DNA from: Treponemataceae bacterium
GTDB taxonomy: Bacteria; Spirochaetota; Spirochaetia; Treponematales; Rectinemataceae
Assembly: GCA_963677895.2 (NCBI GenBank)
Contig: CAXXGJ010000038.1
Location: 224,001-288,000, forward strand
DNA length: 64,000 nt
Reading direction: 5' to 3'
Shown here: piece after piece, positions 56,266 through 64,000 of the stretch
How positions within the stretch are numbered: the stretch's first letter is position 1
Layout: every line of letters begins with the position of its first letter
Position numbers and translations under genes: made by a program
Notes under the pieces: model-generated
Told to the model about the DNA's origin: nothing
The model's input: only the letters and a program-made list of their open reading frames with translations
The model's database searches: none

Positions 56266-58121
56266 ACGATGTTCTCCTGTACTTTTCTCTCCTCGGCCGA
56301 TTCGCAGAGGGGTTCATATTTATATCCAGACCATTCCATTCCCAGATGGCTGGAAAACTCGAGAATATTGAGCCTGATGCCGTGCACGAGGACGGAGAGC
56401 ACGCTCATCACGAGGTTGATGCCATGCCCGACAAAAAGCAGGATGACCGCCACGACGCCGCCGATCAGGAAGGCTACGATGCTTCCCCCCGTCGGACCAA
56501 ACATATTCACCGCCATTCCGTTGACGGTCTGGGAGATCGCCAAACCGGCGAGCCCTACCGCCCAAAGGCGAATATAGGAAACGATATCGGCGAAGACGCT
56601 GACCACGCCCAGAAAGGTCGGTATGATCCCTTTCAAGCCGTCGAGTATGGCTTTCAGCAAATTGCCGTTCCAATTGCCGAAAATGAATACCAGGACAAAC
56701 CCGACGCCGACAAGGGCGAGCGCCCAACTCTGAAGGGGAAATCGCGTCGCGTCGATGACGAGGTTGAGGACGGCGTTGAGCATGCCGATGACCATCATGA
56801 GCGATCCGACCTGGGACAGAAACTTGGGCTGCGGAAAATCCCGCTTGATGTTCTTGATATGCGCGATGGAGAGCTGGAGCGCGCCTATGATGAAGCAGAA
56901 GATTTTCGTATTCGTGCCTGACTCCGGATTGCTGCCGTTGAGCGCCGTCAGGGACATGTTCTGCAGAATTCCCGGCAGGGATTCGTAGGGAATCGCGAAC
57001 CAGGTGCTCGTCGCGAATCCCCAAAGGATCGTCGTCGCGCTCAGCACGAATAGAAGTCTTCCAAAATCGGAGAACGGCTTTTTCGCCTTCCTGCTTTTCA
57101 CGAGCATGGCGACGGAGAGGGCGAGCAAAATGACTCCGTAGCCGCCGTCGCCGAAAATCATCGCGAAATAAAGCGAGAAGAAACCAAGGAACCATAGCGA
57201 GGTATCGTATTCGCGGTAATTCGGCACCGTGCCCATGAAATCGAGGACGGGCTGGATCATCCGCACCACGGCGTTGTTCTCCACTTTCGTCGGAGGCAGC
57301 TCATCGTCCGCCGGATCGTCGAGCGCGATGGCCCATCCTCGCCTGCCGGCTTCCGCCATCAAGCTGTTCGCCACCTTGGCGGGAACATAGCCGGTGAGGT
57401 AGCGCAGGGCGTCCTGCCGCGGCATTCCCGCGCGGAGTCTTTCGATCGTAAGGGCCGATTCGATGCGTCGTATCTCGGCGTCGATAGCCGCTACGTTCGT
57501 CGACAGGCGCTTGAGCTCCGCCTTTTTCTCCGCCACGCTTTTTTCGCATTCGGCGATTTCCCGATCGAGACGAGAGAGGCGGTGCGCGGGCAGCCTGAGT
57601 TCCTCGAAGCCGACCGGCGTCGACGCGGCGTCGAGAAGCGCTATCCTCACCTTCCCCTTCGGGGCGGAAAGGCGTACGTAATCGAGCTCTTCGGCTATTT
57701 CCGCCAGCTGCTGGGGCTGGCCTTCCAGAAGCCTTATCTGAAGATCATATTCTCGAAGCTTCTCGAAGAGTTCGGGAGTGAAATCGCCCCAGTTCCGGAT
57801 TCTGTCCGATTCACGCTTAAGTTCCGATGCTCTTTCTTGGAGGGAAGAAATGGCCGCCTGGCTTTCCAAGGTCGAAGCTATCAGCTCCATGACCTGGACA
57901 GATGCGTCCGGTTTCGCCTGGTTTTTCTTGTCGCGGCTGGAAGTCAGTATGCCCTTGGCGTTCAGCGCGTTCTTAAGGGTAGCGTCGAGGGTCGCGCAGG
58001 ATTCGCCCAAACTCTGAAATCTTTCGAGATGGACTATCCCGAGCTTGCGCAGATACAGGGGAGCCGCGCGCGCATCCTTTTCCATGAGTACGAGGAGAAA
58101 TTTTTTCATGGGTGCGATCAT
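56262..58121 (-). CDS. atpI: V/A-type ATP synthase subunit I
   Basis: MIFGDGGYG, DIVSYIRLWAVGL and HGIRLNILEF motifs. Confidence 0.95.
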   Translation of the reverse strand: MIAPMKKFLLVLMEKDARAAPLYLRKLGIVHLERFQSLGESCATLDATLKNALNAKGILTSSRDKKNQAKPDASVQVMELIASTLESQAAISSLQERASELKRESDRIRNWGDFTPELFEKLREYDLQIRLLEGQPQQLAEIAEELDYVRLSAPKGKVRIALLDAASTPVGFEELRLPAHRLSRLDREIAECEKSVAEKKAELKRLSTNVAAIDAEIRRIESALTIERLRAGMPRQDALRYLTGYVPAKVANSLMAEAGRRGWAIALDDPADDELPPTKVENNAVVRMIQPVLDFMGTVPNYREYDTSLWFLGFFSLYFAMIFGDGGYGVILLALSVAMLVKSRKAKKPFSDFGRLLFVLSATTILWGFATSTWFAIPYESLPGILQNMSLTALNGSNPESGTNTKIFCFIIGALQLSIAHIKNIKRDFPQPKFLSQVGSLMMVIGMLNAVLNLVIDATRFPLQSWALALVGVGFVLVFIFGNWNGNLLKAILDGLKGIIPTFLGVVSVFADIVSYIRLWAVGLAGLAISQTVNGMAVNMFGPTGGSIVAFLIGGVVAVILLFVGHGINLVMSVLSVLVHGIRLNILEFSSHLGMEWSGYKYEPLCESAEERKVQENIV

Positions 58122-58732
58122 GCTTCACGCCCCTCAACCTTTTTCTTGGATATCTTGCCGCGTACGACCTGGGCGGTCTGCTGATCTCCCAGATAGATGC
58201 GTATCATCTTGATCGCGTTTTGCGTTTCGGGAATCTTGACCTTCTCGAAGAGGTTCACCCGCTGGTTGGTGATGCGCAACTCGGCGGCGAGGAGAATCTT
58301 CTGCCTCTCCACGACCTGGAATTCCGCGTCGGCCGCGAGGGTCTGTTTCATGAGCTGAAGCGCCCTATCGACCCAGAGCGGCGTCTGGAAGTAATCATAG
58401 GCGGCGAGTTCGAATTCGACTTCCTCGAATACCGGTATGATGACGCCCGCGATGTTCCCGACCGAAGTTTTTATCGATTTCAGCGAAAGGTGCGGCAGTC
58501 CCGAAGCGGATCTCGCGGCGCCTTCCTCGGAGAATACGGCGATCCACGACGAAAACTGCCGCTCGAGCGCTTCCTTCGCGGAAACCAGCTGGGCGAGACG
58601 CGCTTCCACGCCTCGAATCTCCATCTGGAGCTGCTGTTTCTTAAGCTGTAGCGTAGGAAGATACCTCTGGTACATCTTGAGGGCATCTTTCTGCTTTTTC
58701 AGCTCGTTTTTAGTCAGTTTTATCTTGGCCAT
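58118..58732 (-). CDS. atpD: V/A-type ATP synthase subunit D
   Basis: MAKIKLTKNEL...LPTLQLKK...QRVNLFEKVKIP; start reassigned to ATG 58732. Confidence 0.95.
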   Translation of the reverse strand: MAKIKLTKNELKKQKDALKMYQRYLPTLQLKKQQLQMEIRGVEARLAQLVSAKEALERQFSSWIAVFSEEGAARSASGLPHLSLKSIKTSVGNIAGVIIPVFEEVEFELAAYDYFQTPLWVDRALQLMKQTLAADAEFQVVERQKILLAAELRITNQRVNLFEKVKIPETQNAIKMIRIYLGDQQTAQVVRGKISKKKVEGREA

Positions 58733-58761
58733 CGCCCCTGTCTCCGAATACCCTGCTTTCT

Positions 58762-60084
58762 TTAGCTTGTTTTTTCTGCCCCGGCGGAGCGCGACGCCGG
58801 CCAGAACTTCTGGATCAGATCGGATCTCAATCCCGTCTCCCTGGGTTCGAAGCAGGAAGCGAGGATTTCCCAACCCTCGTCGAGGGCCTTTTCGAGGGGA
58901 ATATTGACCGAAAGATCCATCATCTTCGTCTCGAACAGTTCGCCGTACTTGAGCAGCTTCTTGTCCCAGGCTGTCATCTGGAAGCCCATGGATTTTTTCT
59001 CGAGAGTGTCGCGGTAAGCGGCGAAGAGCTTGATCATGCCGTCCATGATGGCGCGGTGATCTTCGCGCGTCTTGCCGTTGACCATCTGCTTCAGGCGAGA
59101 GAGGGAGCCGAAGGGCTCGATCCTTCCGCCCTTGAGGTAGAACTGGCCTTCGGTGATGTAGCCCGTGTTGTCGGGCACAGGGTGGGTGACGTCGTCGCCC
59201 GGCATCGTCGTGACGGCGAGCGTCGTGATGGAACCGGCGTCGGCGAAGTCGACGGCTTTTTCGTAGCGCGCAGCGAGCTGGGAATAGAGATCGCCGGGAT
59301 ACCCTCGGTTGGAGGGAACCTGTTCCTGGGTGATGGCGATTTCCTTGAGCGCGTCGGCGAAGTTGGTCATGTCGGTGAGGAGGACGAGGACGTTCTTGCC
59401 CTTGAGGGCGAACTTTTCCGCCACCGCCAGCGCTATGTCCGGTACCTGGAGGCACTCGACGATGGGGTCGGCTGCCGTATGGACGAACATGATCGTCTTG
59501 GCGAGGGAGCCGCCCTCTTCGAGCGTGTCCCTGAAGAACAGATAATCGTCGAACTTGAGTCCCATGCCGCCGAGGATGATGAGATCGACCTCGGCCTGCA
59601 TGGCGATGCGCGCCAGAAGCTGGTTGTAGGGCTCGCCCGAAACCGAGAAAATGGGGAGTTTCTGGCTCTTCACCAGGCTGTTGAAAAGATCGATCATGGG
59701 GATGCCGGTACGGATCATTTCCCTTGGGATAATGCGCTTGAAGGGATTGACCGATGGACCGCCGATGGTGATGAGGTTGTCGTTGAGGATGGGGCCGCCG
59801 TCTCGCGGCTCGCCCGCGCCGTTGAAAATCCTGCCCATCAGGTTGTCCGAAAAGCTCACCTGCATGGGGTGTCCCAGGAAACGCACTTCGTCTCCCGTGG
59901 AAATTCCCCTTCCGCCGGCGAAAACCTGAAGGTAGACGAGGTCCTTGTCGAGACGGATGGTTTCCGCGAGGGAGAGTCCGTAACGGCTCGTCACCTCGGC
60001 CAGCTCGCCGTAGGCGATATTCTCGGCACGGACCGAAATCACGTTGCCCGTGATCGATTCTATATGCGAATAAACCTTATTCAT
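58762..60084 (-). CDS. atpB: V/A-type ATP synthase subunit B
   Basis: [26 protein letters not shown] and [11 protein letters not shown] motifs. Confidence 0.97.
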   Translation of the reverse strand: MNKVYSHIESITGNVISVRAENIAYGELAEVTSRYGLSLAETIRLDKDLVYLQVFAGGRGISTGDEVRFLGHPMQVSFSDNLMGRIFNGAGEPRDGGPILNDNLITIGGPSVNPFKRIIPREMIRTGIPMIDLFNSLVKSQKLPIFSVSGEPYNQLLARIAMQAEVDLIILGGMGLKFDDYLFFRDTLEEGGSLAKTIMFVHTAADPIVECLQVPDIALAVAEKFALKGKNVLVLLTDMTNFADALKEIAITQEQVPSNRGYPGDLYSQLAARYEKAVDFADAGSITTLAVTTMPGDDVTHPVPDNTGYITEGQFYLKGGRIEPFGSLSRLKQMVNGKTREDHRAIMDGMIKLFAAYRDTLEKKSMGFQMTAWDKKLLKYGELFETKMMDLSVNIPLEKALDEGWEILASCFEPRETGLRSDLIQKFWPASRSAGAEKTS

Positions 60085-60087
60085 CGT

Positions 60088-61857
60088 TTACTCCAGTCTC
60101 GCGAGGATTTTTTTCGCCTCGGCATCGTATTCGGGTTGGCGTTCAGCCAGCGCTTTCTCGATCGTGGAGAGCGACTGCCCGTAAAGTTCGGAACCTTCCT
60201 TGGAACCGTTGAGATCCAGGAATGCCTGCCGGACTTCGTAGAACCAGGATCTGGCGTCTTCCTTATCCTTCATGCGCAGGGACGCTCCGAGAATGCTCAG
60301 CACGAGGCGGAACATTTTCCTCTGGCGTTCCGGCGTGACGGAGGCGTCCACGGGATCGAAGGAGTTCTGCTGCAGGTATACCGCGTCGAGGAATTCGCCT
60401 TTAAGGTAGACGGTATAATCCTCGAGGCTCGTGCCTTCCTCGCCGACGACCTTCATCATCGCGCCTACTTCGGCGCTGCGTTCTAGATACGTGTGGGCGT
60501 ACCTGACCGTGTCCATGGGCATGATGCCAGGATACTTCGACCAGGAATCGAGGGGGTGAATAGCCGGATACTTGCGGGCATCCGAGCGTTCGCGCGAAAG
60601 GCCATGGAAGGCTCCTACGACTTTCAGCGTCGCCTGGGTCACGGGCTCCTCAAAGTTGCCGCCCGCGGGGGATACGGTTCCGCCGATGGTGACCGAACCG
60701 AAATTGCCGTCGGCGAGGCGGACGATGCCCGCGCGCTCGTAGAACGCCGCGATCACCGATTCCAGGTAGGCCGGGAAAGCTTCCTCGCCGGGGATCTCTT
60801 CCAGGCGGCCCGACATTTCGCGCATGGCCTGCGCCCAGCGGCTCGTCGAGTCGGCGAGGAGGAGGACGTTGAGGCCCATCTGGCGATAGTATTCGGCGAG
60901 CGTGACGGCCGTGTAGACGGAGGCTTCCCTGGACGCCACGGGCATGCTCGATGTGTTGCAGATGATGACGGTGCGCTCCATCAGCGATTTCCCCGTGCGG
61001 GGATCGGTGATTTCCGGGAATTCCTTCAGCGTTTCGACGACTTCGCCCGCGCGCTCGCCGCAGGCGGCGATGATGACGATATCCACGTCGGCGTTGCGGC
61101 TCGTGACCTGCTGGAGGACGGTCTTGCCGGCTCCGAAAGGACCGGGGATGCAGTAAGTGCCGCCCTTGGCGACCGGGAAGAAGGTATCGATGATCCTCGT
61201 CTTCGTCACCATGGGCTGTTCCGGCTTCAGGCGCTCGACATAGCAGTCGATGGCGCGCTTGACCGGCCAGGTGAAGGTCATGCTCAGGTTTTTCCTGTTC
61301 CCGCGGGCATCCTCGACGACGGCGATCGTCTCGTCGATCGCGTACTCGCCTTTCTCCGCTATGCTGACGATTTTCCATTCGCCGAAGAGGTCGAAGGGAA
61401 GCATGATTCTGTGGGTAAAATGGCTTTCGGGGACGGTTCCCAGGGTATCGCCCCTGCGCAGGCTGTCACCCGCCTTGGCTGAAGGGGTGAAGGTCCATTT
61501 CAGGGATCTGGACAGCGCCTTGAGATACACGCCGGATTCGAGGAAGTAGCCCGTCTTCTCGGCGATCTGCGGAAGGGGATTCTGGAGGCCGTCGTAGATC
61601 TGCCCCAGAAGACCGGGTCCCAGCTCTACGGAGAGCATTTCGTTGGAAAACTCGACGCCGTCGCCGATCTTTATGCCCTTCGTCATCTCGTAGACCTGAA
61701 CCTGAGCTTCGCTCTCCCTGATCCTGATGACTTCGCTCTTCAGCTTTTTTCCGTTTGAAAGAATATAGGCCACTTCGTTCATGGCCACATCGCCATCGAA
61801 CCGAACGGAAACCATATTCCCGTTGACCGCTACCACCTGCCCGCTTTTTTGGCTCAT
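60088..61857 (-). CDS. atpA: V/A-type ATP synthase subunit A
   Basis: P-loop GPFGAGKT, CGERAGE, DSTSRWAQA and PGEEAFPAYL. Confidence 0.97.
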   Translation of the reverse strand: MSQKSGQVVAVNGNMVSVRFDGDVAMNEVAYILSNGKKLKSEVIRIRESEAQVQVYEMTKGIKIGDGVEFSNEMLSVELGPGLLGQIYDGLQNPLPQIAEKTGYFLESGVYLKALSRSLKWTFTPSAKAGDSLRRGDTLGTVPESHFTHRIMLPFDLFGEWKIVSIAEKGEYAIDETIAVVEDARGNRKNLSMTFTWPVKRAIDCYVERLKPEQPMVTKTRIIDTFFPVAKGGTYCIPGPFGAGKTVLQQVTSRNADVDIVIIAACGERAGEVVETLKEFPEITDPRTGKSLMERTVIICNTSSMPVASREASVYTAVTLAEYYRQMGLNVLLLADSTSRWAQAMREMSGRLEEIPGEEAFPAYLESVIAAFYERAGIVRLADGNFGSVTIGGTVSPAGGNFEEPVTQATLKVVGAFHGLSRERSDARKYPAIHPLDSWSKYPGIMPMDTVRYAHTYLERSAEVGAMMKVVGEEGTSLEDYTVYLKGEFLDAVYLQQNSFDPVDASVTPERQRKMFRLVLSILGASLRMKDKEDARSWFYEVRQAFLDLNGSKEGSELYGQSLSTIEKALAERQPEYDAEAKKILARLE

Positions 61858-62438
61858 GCCTTTTCTCCCAGATTGTCTGATTCAGCAGTTCGGGATGCCG
61901 TGCTGAGGATGTCGTCGTAAAGATGACGATATCCGGCGCCCCCTGTTTCGGCGTTCAGCCGTTCAAGCCGCTCGTTTATCGCCAGTTTCATTCTATACGC
62001 GATGATGAAATCGAGGTCGAAGGTCGAAAGCGAAGAGAGTCTTTCTATCGCGTTCCACCTTTCCCTCTCGAGGTTCAGTTCGGCCTGATAAGGATCGTCG
62101 ATCGCGAAACAGGAGGCGGCGACGCGTCCCGCTTCGTCCGAGCGCTTCGAGGGTCTGACGAACTCTTCCTCGCTTCGGTTGAACCGCCTGGCCCTAAGCC
62201 GGGCCAACTCGTTCCGGAAAGTCCTCTCCCAGGCTAAAAAGCTGGCAAGGAAGCCAGATCTCAGCGTTTCGGGGACCTTGTCGCTGTTCAAGTATCCAAT
62301 CGCGGCAACTGTCTCGGCGCAGTCCGCGGAGGATAAATTACGCCTGCACAATGCCAGGAATTCCTCCTCCGACATGGGTGGCGCGGCCCCGAAGAGGAGG
62401 CCTGGAAGCGTCGCCGACAAGTACCAGTAATGGCTCAC
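61854..62438 (-). CDS. DUF2764-like V-ATPase-associated protein (probable subunit C equivalent)
   Basis: Starts YWYLSATLP; lies between subunits E and A; GTG start overlaps the atpE stop. Confidence 0.75.
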   Translation of the reverse strand: MSHYWYLSATLPGLLFGAAPPMSEEEFLALCRRNLSSADCAETVAAIGYLNSDKVPETLRSGFLASFLAWERTFRNELARLRARRFNRSEEEFVRPSKRSDEAGRVAASCFAIDDPYQAELNLERERWNAIERLSSLSTFDLDFIIAYRMKLAINERLERLNAETGGAGYRHLYDDILSTASRTAESDNLGEKA

Positions 62439-63058
62439 GAAAGTCTGTCCTCCGCGAGGGAAGCCTTGACGCATTCGGCGAGCCGCGCGTTCACGCGGGA
62501 AGCCAGAATCTCGGCGACGGATTCGGCAGAAAAATCGTATTGCACGGATGAAGCTTCAACCGCGATCCGGAACCCCGCATCGATTCCATCAAAGGGTTTA
62601 AACTGTACGCCCTTGCCAAGTTCCCTGGAAAGCCTGTTGGCAAGCGCGTTATCCAAGGATTTGAGGGTTTCGGAAGGCAGAAGGATGCTGAGATCGCCTT
62701 CGGTTTCCTTGGCTATGGACTTGAGAAGCTCGGGAAGCAGTCCGGCAATGAAAGCGGCATCCATGACATCCGAACTGGTCGTCAGGATGGCGTTGCGCAT
62801 AAAATCCTGAACCTTCCCCCTCAGGGCGAGGATAGTATCCCTGGAGGCCTGTAACAGCGCCAGCCTGGATGCTTTTTCCATGGCCTCAATCCTGGCTTTT
62901 GCCCCGGTTTCGAGTTCGGAAGCGTTCTTTTCCGCATCGCTCGCGATGGCTAGGGCCTTTTCCTCCGCGTCCGCAATTATCCTCTCGGCTTCGGCGCGGG
63001 CCTCGTCCACTCCCTCGGCTTTGATTCTATCGAGAAGTTCCTGAACTTGTAGTTCCAT
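62435..63058 (-). CDS. atpE: V/A-type ATP synthase subunit E
   Basis: N-terminal coiled coil LQVQELLDRIKAEGV and C-terminal GFRI...YDFS. Confidence 0.92.
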   Translation of the reverse strand: MELQVQELLDRIKAEGVDEARAEAERIIADAEEKALAIASDAEKNASELETGAKARIEAMEKASRLALLQASRDTILALRGKVQDFMRNAILTTSSDVMDAAFIAGLLPELLKSIAKETEGDLSILLPSETLKSLDNALANRLSRELGKGVQFKPFDGIDAGFRIAVEASSVQYDFSAESVAEILASRVNARLAECVKASLAEDRLS

Positions 63059-63131
63059 ACGACTGCTTTCCTTGTCTCGCGACGATTGTATTGGAATTTG
63101 AAGCTATCCAGCTCACTTTAAGGCATTGTCT

Positions 63132-63160
63132 TTTATATTCTTGAATTCGAGGATCGTCAA
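63132..63160 (-). promoter_or_regulatory. V-ATPase operon promoter
   Basis: TTGACG-N17-TATAAA. Confidence 0.65.
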
Positions 63161-63272
63161 TCCATATTTGGGTAATTTGCGGATGTTTCCCTAGGATGGG
63201 CTTGACATATGAGCCTAAAAATTATACATATCCAATGCTGAATTGAGTCCGTCGTTTTGCGACGGACTAATC

Positions 63273-63344
63273 GCGACCGTCGTATAACGGCTATTACCCC
63301 AGCCTTCCAAGCTGGAGACGTGGGTTCGACTCCCATCGGTCGCT
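63273..63344 (+). tRNA. tRNA-Gly (anticodon TCC), CCA not encoded
   Basis: Acceptor stem GCGACCG/CGGTCGC, anticodon arm CCAGC-CTTCCAA-GCTGG and T-loop TTCGACT. Confidence 0.96.
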
Positions 63345-63542
63345 CTATCGTAAAACGAAAAGCCCACGATAGCCGGACGTCTTCGGCGCCGGAGTTTTAG
63401 CGGAAATCATCTCAAAACCTCAATATTCATGGTGTCGACTCCTTCACGCGATCTCGTCCTGTACAAGAACGAAAAAGCAAGCTTAACTACAAGAATGTTT
63501 ATGAGCGCCTCCAGGTGAGAATTCCCGGAAAGAGGTTTTTTC

Positions 63543-64000
63543 ATGAGCACCGAGTTGGTATCGTATTTATCGCGTTATATCACCATATCAGAAGAACTTG
63601 CGAATATTTTTCAAAAAAGTTCCTTCGTGCAAAAATTCCCCAAGGGGACAGTCCTGTTGCGCGAAGGGGACATGGCGCGAAAGAGCTATTTCATCCTGAA
63701 AGGTTGCATCCGCAACTATGCGCTGAAGAATGGCGAAGACAAGACCATCGATTTCTTCATCGAGGAAGAAGCGATAATCCCGACGGGCTATGGAAAGAAT
63801 GTTCTCTCCGAACATTTTCTCGAGTGCCTCGAAGATACCGTAGCGGTAGTAGGCACGCCCGATGAGGAAGAGAGAATGCTCGCCGAATTTCCCGAGCTGA
63901 AGTCGGCGTGCCTGGCCATGTCGGAGATAATGGCGGCGAAGCTTCAGGAGAGCCTTGCGCGCTATAGGACCTCGACGCCCGAGGAGCGCTATAGGGATTT
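63543..64000 (+). CDS. Crp/Fnr family cyclic-nucleotide-binding regulator (3' end lies outside the window; absent from the ORF track)
   Basis: Own translation from ATG 63543: MSTELVSYLSRYITISEE...FPKGTVLLREGD...YFILKGCIRNY...GEDKTIDFFIE...TPEERY; GAGG upstream. Confidence 0.85.
   Translation, partial: MSTELVSYLSRYITISEELANIFQKSSFVQKFPKGTVLLREGDMARKSYFILKGCIRNYALKNGEDKTIDFFIEEEAIIPTGYGKNVLSEHFLECLEDTVAVVGTPDEEERMLAEFPELKSACLAMSEIMAAKLQESLARYRTSTPEERYRD

Noticed and set aside
3638..59455. Apparent long N-terminal extensions or fusions in the ORF track (rplI, rpsF, secA, ABC ATPase, obgE, loaP, atpD)
   Set aside because: Artefacts of longest-ORF calling; family-typical starts with an RBS or promoter lie downstream.
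569..61482. Many long alternative-frame or antisense ORFs (e.g. 569-1648, 11386-12942, 12662-13903, 39533-40723, 40137-41516, 50510-51751, 59056-60486)
   Set aside because: They overlap well-supported genes, show no recognisable motifs, and are expected shadow ORFs in GC-rich DNA.
63430..63519. Short 29-codon ORF (MVSTPSRDLV...) downstream of tRNA-Gly
   Set aside because: No RBS or recognisable motif; cannot be supported from sequence alone.

Overview
A GC-rich, gene-dense stretch of core chromosome, most likely from a spirochaete (Treponema-like). That assignment is inferred from gene order and family types: rpsF-ssb-rpsR-DUF2232-rplI-dnaB; ispE-spoVG-tRNA-rplY-tilS-ftsH; rplU-rpmA-obgE-nadD-yqeK-LCP-rsfS; and a V/A-type ATPase E-DUF2764-A-B-D-I-K cluster. 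It holds about 52 CDSs and two tRNAs (Gln-TTG, Gly-TCC). I saw no CRISPR array, transposase, integrase or rRNA. The best candidate for an unusual system is a five-gene overlapping operon at 45502-50230. It starts with a LoaP-like NusG paralogue, followed by a three-subunit xanthine-dehydrogenase-family complex with degenerate molybdopterin-binding loops but intact 2Fe-2S ligands, and an RsmI-like methyltransferase. Also notable are a standalone 111-aa hyper-acidic protein with periodic aromatic residues, several genes with leaderless-type promoters, a shortened L27 N-terminus, a D-to-E receiver domain, an RG/RD-rich insert in HrpA, and several structured intergenic elements. All product calls come from recognising motifs by eye; no database search was run.
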